From a bacterium (GTDB lineage Bacteria > Patescibacteriota > Patescibacteriia > JACQSD01), in contig JAUSHC010000014.1 of the NCBI GenBank assembly GCA_030648795.1, positions 1 to 45,078 of the forward strand: DNA of 45,078 bases, in the 5' to 3' direction. How positions within the stretch are numbered: position 1 is the stretch's first letter; each line of letters begins with the position of its first letter. Under the pieces are notes generated by a model. It had not been told where the DNA came from and made no database searches. It saw nothing but the letters and a program-made list of their open reading frames with translations. A program made the translations under genes and the position numbers. Shown one piece after another: positions 35,206 through 44,242 of this stretch.

Positions 35206-36704
35206 AGAGATTTTTTTAATAATTTTTCAACAATGATTGGGTTCGCCTTGCCTTTCATTTTTTTCATCACTTGTCCGATGAGAAACTGGAGTGCGCCGTG
35301 TTTGCCCTTTTTGTATGTTGCTACAGCCTCTGCCTGTTCATCGAGAACTTCTGTGACGATCGTACCAATTGCATCCTCATCACTTACTTGCGCTAATTTT
35401 TTCTCTTCAATGTAGTGATGTGGTTCTGCTTTTTCTTTAAACATCGCTTCTAAAACTTCTTGCGCAACGGTTGAATTGATTTTGTTTTGGTAGATAAAGG
35501 TGATGAATTCCGCAAAATTTTCCGGAGTAATTGGTATGTTTGCGCTTGTCGTTTTTGTTTCATTCATGAGCTTGAAAAGTTTTGTCGTGATCCAACCCGT
35601 AACGAGTTTCACCAAGCGCTTGTGATCACGTTCCCACCTTTCTTCTTCCGTGCCCTCTCCTTCAAGCGCAACAAGCCATTCGCGGAGTTCGCCGATCGTT
35701 TGTTCCGTCCAGTCTGCAAGTTTTTTGTCTTCGAGAATAACTGCGATATCCGTCGGATCCATATCGAACTGATCGATGAATCGTTTGTGTTTTGCTCGCG
35801 GAAGTTCGGGAATTTTTGCGCGCATCCTTTCTACATACTCTTTTGTAAAACGGAGTGGAGGAATATCCGGTTCAGGGAAAAAGCGGTAATCATGCGCTTC
35901 TTCTTTGAGACGCTGCTCTTCGGTGATTCCTTTTTCGTCATTCCACCCGCGTGTGGTTTGCACGGTGGGAGGTGTGTGATTTTCCCAGAGCTTCGTTTGT
36001 CGTTGTATTTCGTATTCGAGCGCGCGTTCAACCGATTTAAACGAATTCATGTTTTTCACCTCGGTCTTGGTGAAAAAACGATCTTTTTTATCCAAGGGGC
36101 GAAGACTAATGTTCGCATCACAACGCAGTTGTCCTTTTTCCATGTCCGCGTCGGAAATATTGCAATAGCGTAAAATGAGTCGCAGTGCGTGCAAAAATGT
36201 TTTCGCTTCCGCAGGAGATCGGAGATCGGGCTTTGTAACGATTTCTGCAAGGGGAGTGCCTGCGCGGTTAAAATCAACGAGCGAATGCTTTCCGTCAGCG
36301 CCATGAATGAGTTTCGCCGCATCTTCTTCGAGATGCAATCGTATAATTCCGACTCGACTTTTAACTTTTAACTTTTGACTTTGGACTTCTACATATCCAT
36401 CGACGCCGATTGGTTTATCGTACTGCGATATTTGGTAGCCTTTTGGGAGATCGGGATAGAAATAATTTTTTCGATCAAATTTCGATTCTTCGCCGATCGT
36501 ACAATTGATCGCGAGCGCGGCGATTGCGCCCATATCGATTGCCGCTTTATTGGGAACAGGGAGTGTCCCCGGATGTCCCATGCACACAGGACAAATCGCG
36601 CTGTTTGGTGGCGCTTCAACGCCATTTTGGCAACCGCAAAACATCTTGCTCTTTGTTTTGAGCTGTACATGGATTTCTAATCCGATAATCGATTCTAGTT
36701 TCAT
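35202..36704 (-). CDS. gatB: Asp/Glu-tRNA amidotransferase subunit B
   Basis: It contains [25 protein letters not shown]..., [11 protein letters not shown] and [15 protein letters not shown] motifs, plus the C-terminal GatB_Yqey domain. Confidence 0.95.
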   Translation of the reverse strand: [500 protein letters not shown]

Positions 36705-36761
36705 ATAAGAAAATTATATCGTATTTATGTAATAAAAACAAGATTCATTTCTCGTATATAA

Positions 36762-36790
36762 TTGACAAGGTGGATCGTCTCGTTTACCAT
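36762..36790 (+). promoter_or_regulatory. Sigma70-like promoter of the phosphohexomutase gene
   Basis: TTGACA (36762-36767), 17 nt, TACCAT (36785-36790). A GAAGGAGG SD at 36807-36814 lies 8 nt before ATG 36823. Confidence 0.55.
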
Positions 36791-36822
36791 GGTGGTACAA
36801 CCCTAGAAGGAGGAATAAGAGC

Positions 36823-38235
36823 ATGGCTACGAAGCGTTTGTTTGGAACGTCGGGGATCCGTGGTGTTGTGGGTGAGGACATCACGCCGATATTGGCCCTT
36901 CAGGTCGGGGTGCTGTACGGCGTGTGGTTGAAGGCGCACACCGATGAGGACAATCGTACGGTTGCGGTGGCGCATGACAACCGTCCGGGCGCTGACGTGC
37001 TTGCGCATGCCGCGGCGAATGGTTTCATCTCCGCTGGTATGCATGTTGATTTCCTTGGATGCGTGTCGACGGGGGTACTGGCGGCGTTCATGGAGTCGCA
37101 TTGCGGCGGGCTTATGGTTACCGCGTCGCATATGCCGCAGGGAAGGATCAGCATCATTCCCTTGTTCGCGAACGGGCATTACTGCGACTCCGATGTTACG
37201 GATATTCTTGAAGAAGGAATCCGTGCATGGGAAGGGATCGAGACCATTGCCGATCCGGAGAATATTGGTAACGTGACGATCGTATCTGAAGAACAGAGCA
37301 GAATGCTCTATCTTCAGAAGATGCCGCAGCACATTCTTCTTCGCTCGCGTATTGCCAATCGATCTTTCCGGTTGCTTATGGATCCGGGGAATGGAACGGC
37401 AGGGCGCGTTGCGAAGGAACTGTTTGAATCCGTTGGGTGCAGGATCGAAACGCTTCACTATGAGCAAAAACCTGTGCCCGACCGTCCGAGCGAGTGTCGC
37501 GCGGAAACCTGTGGTGAGGCGATTGCGCAGACGGTGGAGCGCGGATGCCACATCGGAGTGTGTTTTGATGGGGATGCCGATCGAGTCCTTTTCATTACCG
37601 GAAAAGGTGATGTACTTCCCGACAGCGTGGTCGGAGCGATTTTTGCCCGCCACTACGTACAGGAAGGGCAAGTCATCGTTACACCGGAAAATGCAAGTGG
37701 TCTTGTCGAGGTTATCGCAAAAGAACGTGGTGCGCGAGTCGAGTACTCTCGTATCGGTCAACCCTCGACGGGTACGGCCATACGTGCGCATGGTGCCACA
37801 TTCGCGTATGAAGAGGCGGCGGGCAAGTTCGGATTCTTCGAACTCGCTTGCGCTTATGACGGTCCATTTGCTGTTTTGAAAATGCTCGAGATCATGGCGC
37901 GACGCGGCAAGTCGCTTGCCGAACTTGCGGCAGAAATTCCGCAGTTCTTCCAGAAGGCAATTAAGATCGACGTTCCGGATGCGAAGAAAGATGCGGTTGT
38001 CGCAGATGCGATTCCGCGTCTCCGTCAAGTCCTTGATGGGCAGACCAGCAAGGAAACTGCGATCGGTGGAATCAAGGTCTTTCTACGTGAAGGTTCCTGG
38101 GTGCTTATCCGCCCAAGCGGTACTGAACCCCTCGTTCGTGTTTACACTGACACGAGAGTAAGCCAGGTACGCGCAGATGCTCTGGCGGAACTCGGCGCGA
38201 TATGCTTTAAGGAAGCGATCGCTGCTATCGGCTAA
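36823..38235 (+). CDS. Phosphohexomutase (GlmM / PGM-PMM family)
   Basis: FGTSGIRG at the N-terminus, catalytic Ser loop VTASHMPQG, Mg loop FDGDADR, and phosphate loop RPSGTEPLVRVY. Substrate specificity cannot be determined from sequence alone. Confidence 0.8.
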   Translation: MATKRLFGTSGIRGVVGEDITPILALQVGVLYGVWLKAHTDEDNRTVAVAHDNRPGADVLAHAAANGFISAGMHVDFLGCVSTGVLAAFMESHCGGLMVTASHMPQGRISIIPLFANGHYCDSDVTDILEEGIRAWEGIETIADPENIGNVTIVSEEQSRMLYLQKMPQHILLRSRIANRSFRLLMDPGNGTAGRVAKELFESVGCRIETLHYEQKPVPDRPSECRAETCGEAIAQTVERGCHIGVCFDGDADRVLFITGKGDVLPDSVVGAIFARHYVQEGQVIVTPENASGLVEVIAKERGARVEYSRIGQPSTGTAIRAHGATFAYEEAAGKFGFFELACAYDGPFAVLKMLEIMARRGKSLAELAAEIPQFFQKAIKIDVPDAKKDAVVADAIPRLRQVLDGQTSKETAIGGIKVFLREGSWVLIRPSGTEPLVRVYTDTRVSQVRADALAELGAICFKEAIAAIG

Positions 38236-38254
38236 GATCGTTTCACAAATAAAC

Positions 38255-38288
38255 CCCCGACGATGTATGTTCGTCGGGGTATTTTTTT
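38255..38288 (+). terminator. Rho-independent terminator after the phosphohexomutase gene
   Basis: Perfect 9-bp stem CCCCGACGA/TCGTCGGGG (loop TGTATGT), followed by TA and T7 at 38282-38288. Confidence 0.8.
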
Positions 38289-38296
38289 ATTATGCC

Positions 38297-38340
38297 TGCC
38301 CGAATACCAATCCGACCGCGGTCGGATTGGATGAAGGGCA
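38297..38340. repeat. Palindromic element, family C, intergenic copy
   Basis: CCAATCCGACCGCGGTCGGATTGG is a perfect 24-nt palindrome (38307-38330), flanked by TGCCC/GGGCA. It shares the TCCGACCGCGGTCGGA core with 3271-3288. Confidence 0.85.
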
Positions 38341-38446
38341 ACCGATGTAAATATACGGTCGGCGGAGCCGACTCTACTTATAACGCACCCGCCCAGATAC
38401 CCCGCTGCTTGCGGCGGGATCGGGTTCACATTGATGCGCGTTTGTA

Positions 38447-39031
38447 CTACAGTAACTTTTTTATGATCTCCCAAATTTTTTCGTGTACGTATTCTTTGGT
38501 GCCGTCCACGGCAACACGTATCCATCCGCGTTCGTCGGCGCATTGTTCATGTGCGACACGTACTCGTTCCATGAGCGTCGAGTCTTCTTCATGGGTATGA
38601 TTTTTTTCAATGGAGAACGTGAATCGTCTGCCATGCAAGAGTATGGCGATGTCTTCTTTGTAGAGTGCGCTGTTGATGTCGCGTAAAAATTTAGGGTCAA
38701 CACCGGCGCCTTCACCCCATGCGATGCCGGTGCCGAGATAATCCTCGGCGACAACGATCGTACCACGCTCAAGTATCGCTTGAAGCGTTGATTCATACTG
38801 TGTGCGGTTTAATGCGGTGATGGTCTGGAATTCGCGCGGGGTAAGCGCATAGGGATTGCCCTCGCGGAGATAGGCGCTTACTATCGGTCCCGAAGGAGCA
38901 AGAGTGTAGATGGGGTATTTGATGTAGACCACATCTTTTTTTTCTCGGCGCAGACGATCCGTAAGCATTTTTGCTTGTGTTGTTTTACCGAGATTATTGA
39001 TGCCATAGAGCACGATTAATTTTCCTTTCAT
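38447..39031 (-). CDS. Thymidylate-kinase-like P-loop kinase
   Basis: 194 aa. P-loop GINNLGKTTQ, the motif ...YIKYP...LREG..., and DYLGTGIAW in place of the canonical DRYxxSxxAY. It is ATGA-coupled to dgt within a dNTP-metabolism cluster. Confidence 0.6.
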   Translation of the reverse strand: MKGKLIVLYGINNLGKTTQAKMLTDRLRREKKDVVYIKYPIYTLAPSGPIVSAYLREGNPYALTPREFQTITALNRTQYESTLQAILERGTIVVAEDYLGTGIAWGEGAGVDPKFLRDINSALYKEDIAILLHGRRFTFSIEKNHTHEEDSTLMERVRVAHEQCADERGWIRVAVDGTKEYVHEKIWEIIKKLL

Positions 39032-40182
39032 ACAATGCGTTTACATTCTTCTCGCGCGAAGTGGTCGGTCATGCCGGCGATGTAGTCTTTGACGACGATA
39101 TAGAGCGGATCCTTGCGGTCGATGCGTGATTGAAAATCAGACGGCAGAAGTTTCGGGCGTTTCATGAATGCGCGGAAAAGTTTCTCGATAATCCATTGCC
39201 CTTCTTTGGTTGCTTTGAGAACCGTTTGGTGTTTGTAAAATCGTTTGTAGAGAAAATCGCGCAACACTTTATTTTTCGTTTCCTGTTCTTTCGAAAAACT
39301 CACGAGTGGTTTTCGTTGTCCATAGACGTCGTCCACGTTTTTTATCTTTGCTTTTTCAATAGCGCGCAAACCGTCGCGGGTGATATCAGTAGCAAGATGA
39401 TCGATGACGTCGCGGACGAGATGGTAGCGATAGAGGTCGTGCGATGCCGGCAAACGTGGGAGACGATCATGGATCACTTCGTGGATTTCATGAATGAATG
39501 GAATAGCAATGAGTTCGTCTGCAGTAAAAATTTTTGCGCGAAGTCCGTCGTCAATGTCATGGGCGGTGTAAGCGATTTCGTCGCCGAGGTTCACCACTTG
39601 CCCTTCGAGCGAAGTGGAGCGTAATGGTTGTCCTTCGAGGAGCGGATGATCCCACGGTGTTTCGTGTTTTGCCAAGCCCCAGAGCGTTTCCCATGTGAGG
39701 TTGAGTCCCGGGAATTGGGGGTAGCGATGTTCGAGGAGTTCGACGACGCGGCGGCTTTGCGCGTTGTGTTCAAAGCGGCTGCCATGTTCTTTCATGAGTG
39801 CGTCCAATGCTTCTTGTCCCGCGTGTCCGAATGGTGTGTGTCCAATGTCGTGTGCGAGGGCGATTGCTTCGGCGAGATCTTCATTTAAGCGGAGTGTGCG
39901 CGCAATGGAGCGAGAGACTTGCGACACTTCAAGCGAATGGGTGAGTCGCGTGCGATAGTGGTCGCCGTAGTCCGCAACAAACACCTGCGTCTTTTCTTTG
40001 AGACGGCGGAAGGCATTTGCGTGGAGGATGCGGTCGCGGTCGCGCTGATAGGGCAGGCGATACGGGTGTTCGGCTTCGGGGTAGCGGCGTCCCTTGCTCT
40101 CGCCGTGTTTGGTGGCGTATGGCGCGAGGATCGCATCGAAGTTTTTGGAGAATTGTTTTGCAGATGGAATGGAGGGGCTCAT
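39028..40182 (-). CDS. dgt: dGTPase-like HD-domain triphosphohydrolase
   Basis: The motifs YQRDRDRILHANAFRRLKEKTQVF, HYRTRLTHSLEVSQV and AHDIGHTPFGH are present. Confidence 0.9.
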   Translation of the reverse strand: MSPSIPSAKQFSKNFDAILAPYATKHGESKGRRYPEAEHPYRLPYQRDRDRILHANAFRRLKEKTQVFVADYGDHYRTRLTHSLEVSQVSRSIARTLRLNEDLAEAIALAHDIGHTPFGHAGQEALDALMKEHGSRFEHNAQSRRVVELLEHRYPQFPGLNLTWETLWGLAKHETPWDHPLLEGQPLRSTSLEGQVVNLGDEIAYTAHDIDDGLRAKIFTADELIAIPFIHEIHEVIHDRLPRLPASHDLYRYHLVRDVIDHLATDITRDGLRAIEKAKIKNVDDVYGQRKPLVSFSKEQETKNKVLRDFLYKRFYKHQTVLKATKEGQWIIEKLFRAFMKRPKLLPSDFQSRIDRKDPLYIVVKDYIAGMTDHFAREECKRIV

Positions 40183-40652
40183 ATTTTTTTATATGTTACG
40201 AACGAGAATCCGTCACGGTTGTCGCGTTCGGTTTCGCGCCAGAGAGTGAGATCAATCGAGGGGAAGAAGGCGGTGCAGGCGGTGACGGTTTGGGTGACGT
40301 GCGTCATATAAAGCGTGTCGGCTTTGTTGATTGTTTGTGTGAAAATTTCGCCGCCGCCAATGACCATGATGTCTTTGTTTGGATGTGCGGAGATTGCAGT
40401 ATTAACAGAGTCGTATCGCTCGACGCCGGCAGGTAGCGCGTAATCATTTTGTCTCGTAATGACAATGTTGGTGCGGTTGGGGAGTGGGCGATATTTTTCT
40501 GGTAATGACTCCCATGTTTTTCTGCCCATCAAAACCGTTTTACCCTCCGTAAGTTTTTTGAAGTGCGCCAAATCTTCCGGAATGTGCCATGGCAATGTTC
40601 CGTCTTTTCCGATGCAGTTCTGTTGGTCAATTGCAGCGATGAGAGCGAGCAT
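40179..40652 (-). CDS. folA: Dihydrofolate reductase
   Basis: It contains MLALIAAIDQQNCIGKDGTLPWHIPEDLAHFKKLTEGKTVLMGRKTWESLP...RPLPNRTNIVITR. Confidence 0.93.
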   Translation of the reverse strand: MLALIAAIDQQNCIGKDGTLPWHIPEDLAHFKKLTEGKTVLMGRKTWESLPEKYRPLPNRTNIVITRQNDYALPAGVERYDSVNTAISAHPNKDIMVIGGGEIFTQTINKADTLYMTHVTQTVTACTAFFPSIDLTLWRETERDNRDGFSFVTYKKI

Positions 40653-40692
40653 ATATGCATGATACCGCTCGAAGGCATTACTTGTCTACGCG

Positions 40693-40721
40693 TTGACAGT
40701 TTCTGTGGTTTCACATACACT
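40693..40721 (+). promoter_or_regulatory. Sigma70-like promoter of orphan ORF 40766
   Basis: TTGACA (40693-40698), 17 nt, TACACT (40716-40721). An AAGGAG SD at 40753-40758 lies 7 nt before ATG 40766. Confidence 0.55.
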
Positions 40722-40765
40722 CGAGCTGGAGTCCTTTGAGAATCCAATAAGAAAGGAGCGTAGCA

Positions 40766-41359
40766 ATGCTTGATGAACGCATCACGCAAACATCTTGGGT
40801 TATGAACGCGTTTCATCGCGCGCAACAGGCATCGCTTCCGCTTCTGCGTTCTATTGTGAGAACGGGGGGTGTGGCGGCAGTTGTCCTCGTGCGTCATGGG
40901 GTTACTGATGATCGCATGGAGGGCGATCCGTCGTTTCTTGGGAGGGATGCGGATCGTGATCAACGGATTCTGCACGCGGCGATTGAAGAGTCGCACGGCA
41001 TCATCGTAGATACCGGTTCACTCCTCATCGCACATCTTCAGACTGACCCCGAGAGCATTCGATTCCTATTGCAGTTCGGCGTGTCGCTGGATGACCAGTT
41101 TATCGCAGAGATAAATTTACTGCGAGAGCAGGAAGCGACACCTCCGAAATTGGGAGATCCTGTGCTTGATATTACTGCGCGTTCAGAGGCGCAAGAAGTG
41201 CAACGTGAGCGCATGAATTTTTCGAAGCTCGCCGCACTTATCACAGAGGACTTCGAAGGCGCAGATGCACTCCGTCGCGGAATCCTCGAGTTGGATATAA
41301 GCGTCGAAGGTGTCGTGTACGAGGCTCCTCCTCGACAGAAAGAGGAGGAAGAAGGATAA
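40766..41359 (+). CDS. Hypothetical protein (197 aa), no recognised family
   Basis: It has its own promoter-like and SD elements and a downstream terminator, and ends in an acidic tail (QKEEEEG). It lies on the opposite strand between folA and thyA. I recognised no motif; an alpha/beta N-terminal half is only a guess. Confidence 0.55.
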   Translation: MLDERITQTSWVMNAFHRAQQASLPLLRSIVRTGGVAAVVLVRHGVTDDRMEGDPSFLGRDADRDQRILHAAIEESHGIIVDTGSLLIAHLQTDPESIRFLLQFGVSLDDQFIAEINLLREQEATPPKLGDPVLDITARSEAQEVQRERMNFSKLAALITEDFEGADALRRGILELDISVEGVVYEAPPRQKEEEEG

Positions 41360-41365
41360 ACATAA

Positions 41366-41396
41366 AAGCGACCCGTATCTGGGCCGCTTCTTTTTT
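41366..41396 (+). terminator. Rho-independent terminator after ORF 40766
   Basis: AAGCGACCC/GGGCCGCTT stem (one mismatch, loop GTATCT), then C and T6. Confidence 0.65.
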
Positions 41397-41444
41397 ATCA
41401 ATAGAAGTTCTCGACTGCGCTCGAACAATAATCGTAGCCTGCTC

Positions 41445-41476
41445 AACACTCGGTGTTACGCACAACACCGAGTGTT
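41445..41476. repeat. Palindromic element, family A, at the thyA stop codon
   Basis: Perfect 13-bp arms AACACTCGGTGTT (41445-41457) and AACACCGAGTGTT (41464-41476), with loop ACGCAC. The right arm overlaps the thyA stop codon by 2 nt. No U-tract follows on either strand. Confidence 0.85.
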
Positions 41477-42341
41477 AGACGGCAATATCAAAACTAATTT
41501 TTGGATGGGATTGGTAGTCCACAACTTTCGTGTCGTCGGCTTTCCAGTTGAAGATGGAGGAAAAGTTTTGGGTTTCGATTTTGGAAAGTGGCATTGGCGT
41601 ACGGGTGACCTGTTCTTTTGCGCCAGTAAGATGATTTACATAAATATGCACGTCCGCCAAAAAGCCCACGAGCTTGCCTTCTTTCAATCCCGCTTCTTTT
41701 GCGAGGAGGTGGAGGAGAAGCGCGTAGCTTGCGATGTTGAAGGGGAGTCCGAGCAGTGTGTCTACCGAGCGCTGGTTCCAGAGTAAATTCAATCGTCCAT
41801 CAATTACGGTGATTTGAAATCCGTAGTGACAAGGAGGGAGCGCCATTTTTGAGAGTGCCATCGGATTCCACGCCATCACGATCATGCGGCGGTCGGTCGG
41901 GTCGGTTTTTAATTTTTCAATCACGCGTGTGAGTTGATCCACGCCTTTGTTCGTATAGTCTGTGTCGTAGTTCACATAGTCCGCGCCGAAGTGCCGCCAC
42001 TGGAAACCGTACACGGAGCCCAAGTCGCGCTCTTCCAACATTTTTTTCTTTGCTGTTTCGTCGTGGCCGTACGGCGCTTTCGACGGGTTCGCCCACTCAT
42101 CCCAGATGTGGTTGTTGCGATCCTGAAGCCATTGTTTGTCGGTTAAGCCTTTAATAAAAAATTCAAGCTCGGAGGCGATAAGGCGAATCCCCATTTTTTT
42201 TGTGGTGAGTAAGGGAAACCCTTCCGCCATATCATGCTCAAACATCGCCCCGGCAATTTTTACGGCATTCACCCCGGTACGATTCGACTCCTCATGCCCT
42301 TTTGTGAGAATTTTTTCTACGATGTCGAGGTAGGATTTCAT
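41475..42341 (-). CDS. thyA: Thymidylate synthase ThyA
   Basis: It starts MKSYLDIVEKILTKGHEESNRTG at 42341; the ORF-track start at 42401 adds 20 non-conserved residues. The active site is MALPPCHYGFQ, and FNIASYALL is present. Confidence 0.93.
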   Translation of the reverse strand: MKSYLDIVEKILTKGHEESNRTGVNAVKIAGAMFEHDMAEGFPLLTTKKMGIRLIASELEFFIKGLTDKQWLQDRNNHIWDEWANPSKAPYGHDETAKKKMLEERDLGSVYGFQWRHFGADYVNYDTDYTNKGVDQLTRVIEKLKTDPTDRRMIVMAWNPMALSKMALPPCHYGFQITVIDGRLNLLWNQRSVDTLLGLPFNIASYALLLHLLAKEAGLKEGKLVGFLADVHIYVNHLTGAKEQVTRTPMPLSKIETQNFSSIFNWKADDTKVVDYQSHPKISFDIAV

Positions 42342-42412
42342 AGTTTTATGGTAGCAGAGGATAGAAGTTTGAGCAACAAAAAAATCGACCCCTTTGGCCA
42401 ATTTTTTATATT

Positions 42413-42850
42413 TTATTGTTTGTATCCGCCGCTACTGCCAAATCCGCCGCGACTGTCTTTGGTGGTAAGCCCTTCTTCCCACTCGGCGCGTTCGATTTTC
42501 ACAAACATGCCTTGTGCGATGCGCTCGCCTTTTTCTACCGTGACCGGCGCTTTGGTAATATTCAAAAGCTGGATTTTGAGTTCGTCGTTCGGTCCGCAAT
42601 AGTCCTGGTCAATGATCCCCACGCCATTTGCCACCATAAGCCCCTTTTTTAAGGGAAGACTCGAACGCGCCGCAAGCATGAGCATGTGTCCCGGGGGAGT
42701 TGCGATAACCAGTCCGGTCGGCACAAGCGCGATTGCCCACGGCTCGATAGTCACGGTGTCATTCGCCGTCAGATCAAACGCAACTGCGCCCGGTGTTTGA
42801 TACGCGGGGATTGCAACTTCGGGATTTTTTCGATGTAAATTTATTTTCAT
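42413..42850 (-). CDS. dut: dUTP diphosphatase
   Basis: It contains GAVAFDL, GVGIIDQDYCG and the C-terminal RGGFGSSGGY motif. Confidence 0.9.
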   Translation of the reverse strand: MKINLHRKNPEVAIPAYQTPGAVAFDLTANDTVTIEPWAIALVPTGLVIATPPGHMLMLAARSSLPLKKGLMVANGVGIIDQDYCGPNDELKIQLLNITKAPVTVEKGERIAQGMFVKIERAEWEEGLTTKDSRGGFGSSGGYKQ

Positions 42851-43413
42851 TTTTCTTCTGAAAGTTTTGAGGCGAGCGGTGACGTTTGTCCTGCGTACTT
42901 GTTTTTTCCTTTGGAATACGGGACTTCGGCAGGGGATGACAATTGTTCAAAAGTAAACGCGCAGATGCGCATGCCGGGATAGAGCCGTACGGGCATCCTG
43001 CCGATGTTCCCAAGTTCGAGCGTGACGACGCCAATCCATCCGGGGTGAAACACGGATGCCGTACCGTGCACGATAACGCCAAGACGCCCGAGAGAACTAC
43101 GCCCTTCAACACGTCCGACCAGGTCGTCCGAAATTTCTAATGTTTCTTTCGTTGATGCAAGTACGAGTTCACCGGGCTGAATGGTGAATGATTCGCTGTC
43201 GGCTACTGTGATCTCTCGCATGATTTCGTTTAAGGGGATTTCTCCACGCGTATCAATGAACGGCACGCTGGAGTATTCGAAGACGCGAAAATTATTCCCC
43301 AAGTGCAGGTCAAGCATGCACGCCGAGAGCTGTTGCGCGTAATCGGGCGCTGGAGTGACTTTGATTTTTCCCTCAGCGATGGAACGTTTGATGTCGCGGT
43401 CGGAGAGGATCAT
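42847..43413 (-). CDS. dcd: dCTP deaminase
   Basis: The N-terminus is MILSDRDIKRSIAEGKI, and GRSSLGRLGV and HPGWIG motifs are present. It is ATGA-coupled to dut. Confidence 0.9.
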   Translation of the reverse strand: MILSDRDIKRSIAEGKIKVTPAPDYAQQLSACMLDLHLGNNFRVFEYSSVPFIDTRGEIPLNEIMREITVADSESFTIQPGELVLASTKETLEISDDLVGRVEGRSSLGRLGVIVHGTASVFHPGWIGVVTLELGNIGRMPVRLYPGMRICAFTFEQLSSPAEVPYSKGKNKYAGQTSPLASKLSEEK

Positions 43414-43422
43414 ATTGAGTGA

Positions 43423-43484
43423 GTAGTTTGTAGTTTGTAGTTTGTAGTGAGTAAAATCTATCGACTACCCACTACGCACTACAC
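43423..43484. repeat. Heptamer-periodic imperfect hairpin between rplA and dcd
   Basis: (GTAGTTT)x3 plus GTAGTGA (43423-43450) faces ACTACCC ACTACGC ACTACAC (43464-43484). The arms pair with a few mismatches or wobbles. The right arm overlaps the rplA stop codon. Confidence 0.75.
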
Positions 43485-44165
43485 TTGTACCCGAATGCCT
43501 GGTCCCATGGTGGAGCATACGGTGACGCTTTGGATGTAGCTCCCTTTTGCTGACGCGGGTTTTGATTTTTTTACGGCATCGATGAAGGCGACAAGATTGT
43601 CGACGAGTTTTGCGGTGTCGAGTGATACTTTGCCGACGGACTGGTGCACATTGCCGGTGTCGTCGTTCTTAAATGTAACCTTACCCTTTTTCAATTCAGC
43701 GACGGTTTTTTCAATTTTGTCTGTAACTGTTTCATTCTTTGGGGAAGGCATGAGTCCTTTTGGTCCCAAAATTTTTGCGATCATCGCAATATCTTTCATC
43801 ATGCTGGGGTCCGCTACTGCCACGTCGAAGTCACATTTACCACTCGATTTGATTTCCGCAATAAGTTCTTTGCCACCGACAAGATCCGCACCTGCTTTTT
43901 TTGCTGCATCGGCGTGCGTGACGGTAAATACGGCAACGCGCTTTGTTTGTCCGGTTGCGTGCGGCATGACAACGACACCACGTACCGCCTGTTCACCCTT
44001 TTTCGGGTCAATGCCAAGATGCATGTGTACCTCAACGGAGCCGTCAAATTTCGCTTTTGTTATTTTCTTAATGAGATCGATCGCCTCTGTCGGCGCGTAT
44101 GACTTTTTTGCATCAACAAGTTTTATCGCTTCGAGATACTTTTTTCCGCGTACTTTCTTTTGCAT
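43479..44165 (-). CDS. rplA: 50S ribosomal protein L1
   Basis: 228 aa. It contains KKYLEAIKLVDAKKSYAPTEAIDLIKK...FDGSVEVHMHLGIDPKK... Confidence 0.95.
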   Translation of the reverse strand: MQKKVRGKKYLEAIKLVDAKKSYAPTEAIDLIKKITKAKFDGSVEVHMHLGIDPKKGEQAVRGVVVMPHATGQTKRVAVFTVTHADAAKKAGADLVGGKELIAEIKSSGKCDFDVAVADPSMMKDIAMIAKILGPKGLMPSPKNETVTDKIEKTVAELKKGKVTFKNDDTGNVHQSVGKVSLDTAKLVDNLVAFIDAVKKSKPASAKGSYIQSVTVCSTMGPGIRVQV

Positions 44166-44191
44166 AGTTTTTAAAGTTTCGTGGTGTTAGC

Positions 44192-44211
44192 GGTCCGACC
44201 TCGGTCGGACC
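44192..44211. repeat. Palindromic element, family C, upstream of rplA
   Basis: GGTCCGACC-TC-GGTCGGACC uses the same arm sequences as the in-CDS copy at 5451-5487. Confidence 0.8.
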
Positions 44212-44242
44212 TCCCACAATAATTAATTTCAATTTTAGCAAT

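Noticed and set aside
35487-36173. 228-aa + strand ORF
   Set aside because: It is antisense to gatB, whose identity is unambiguous.
36340-36390. Low-complexity AAAGT(C/T)AAAAGT stretch in gatB (minus strand, encoding QSQKLKVKS), considered as another inserted repeat
   Set aside because: The protein length at this position is within about 2 residues of canonical GatB (...[23 protein letters not shown]). There is no clear insertion, so this is probably ordinary coding sequence.
36784-38028. 414-aa ORF on the minus strand
   Set aside because: It lies entirely antisense to the phosphohexomutase gene, which has clear catalytic motifs. Its product is Arg/His/Cys-rich with no motif, which is typical of a shadow ORF in GC-richer coding DNA.
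41445-41476. Calling the family A hairpin an intrinsic terminator of thyA
   Set aside because: No U-tract follows the stem on either strand. It is reported only as a repeat or hairpin.
43582-44190. 202-aa + strand ORF
   Set aside because: It is antisense to rplA and is a shadow ORF.
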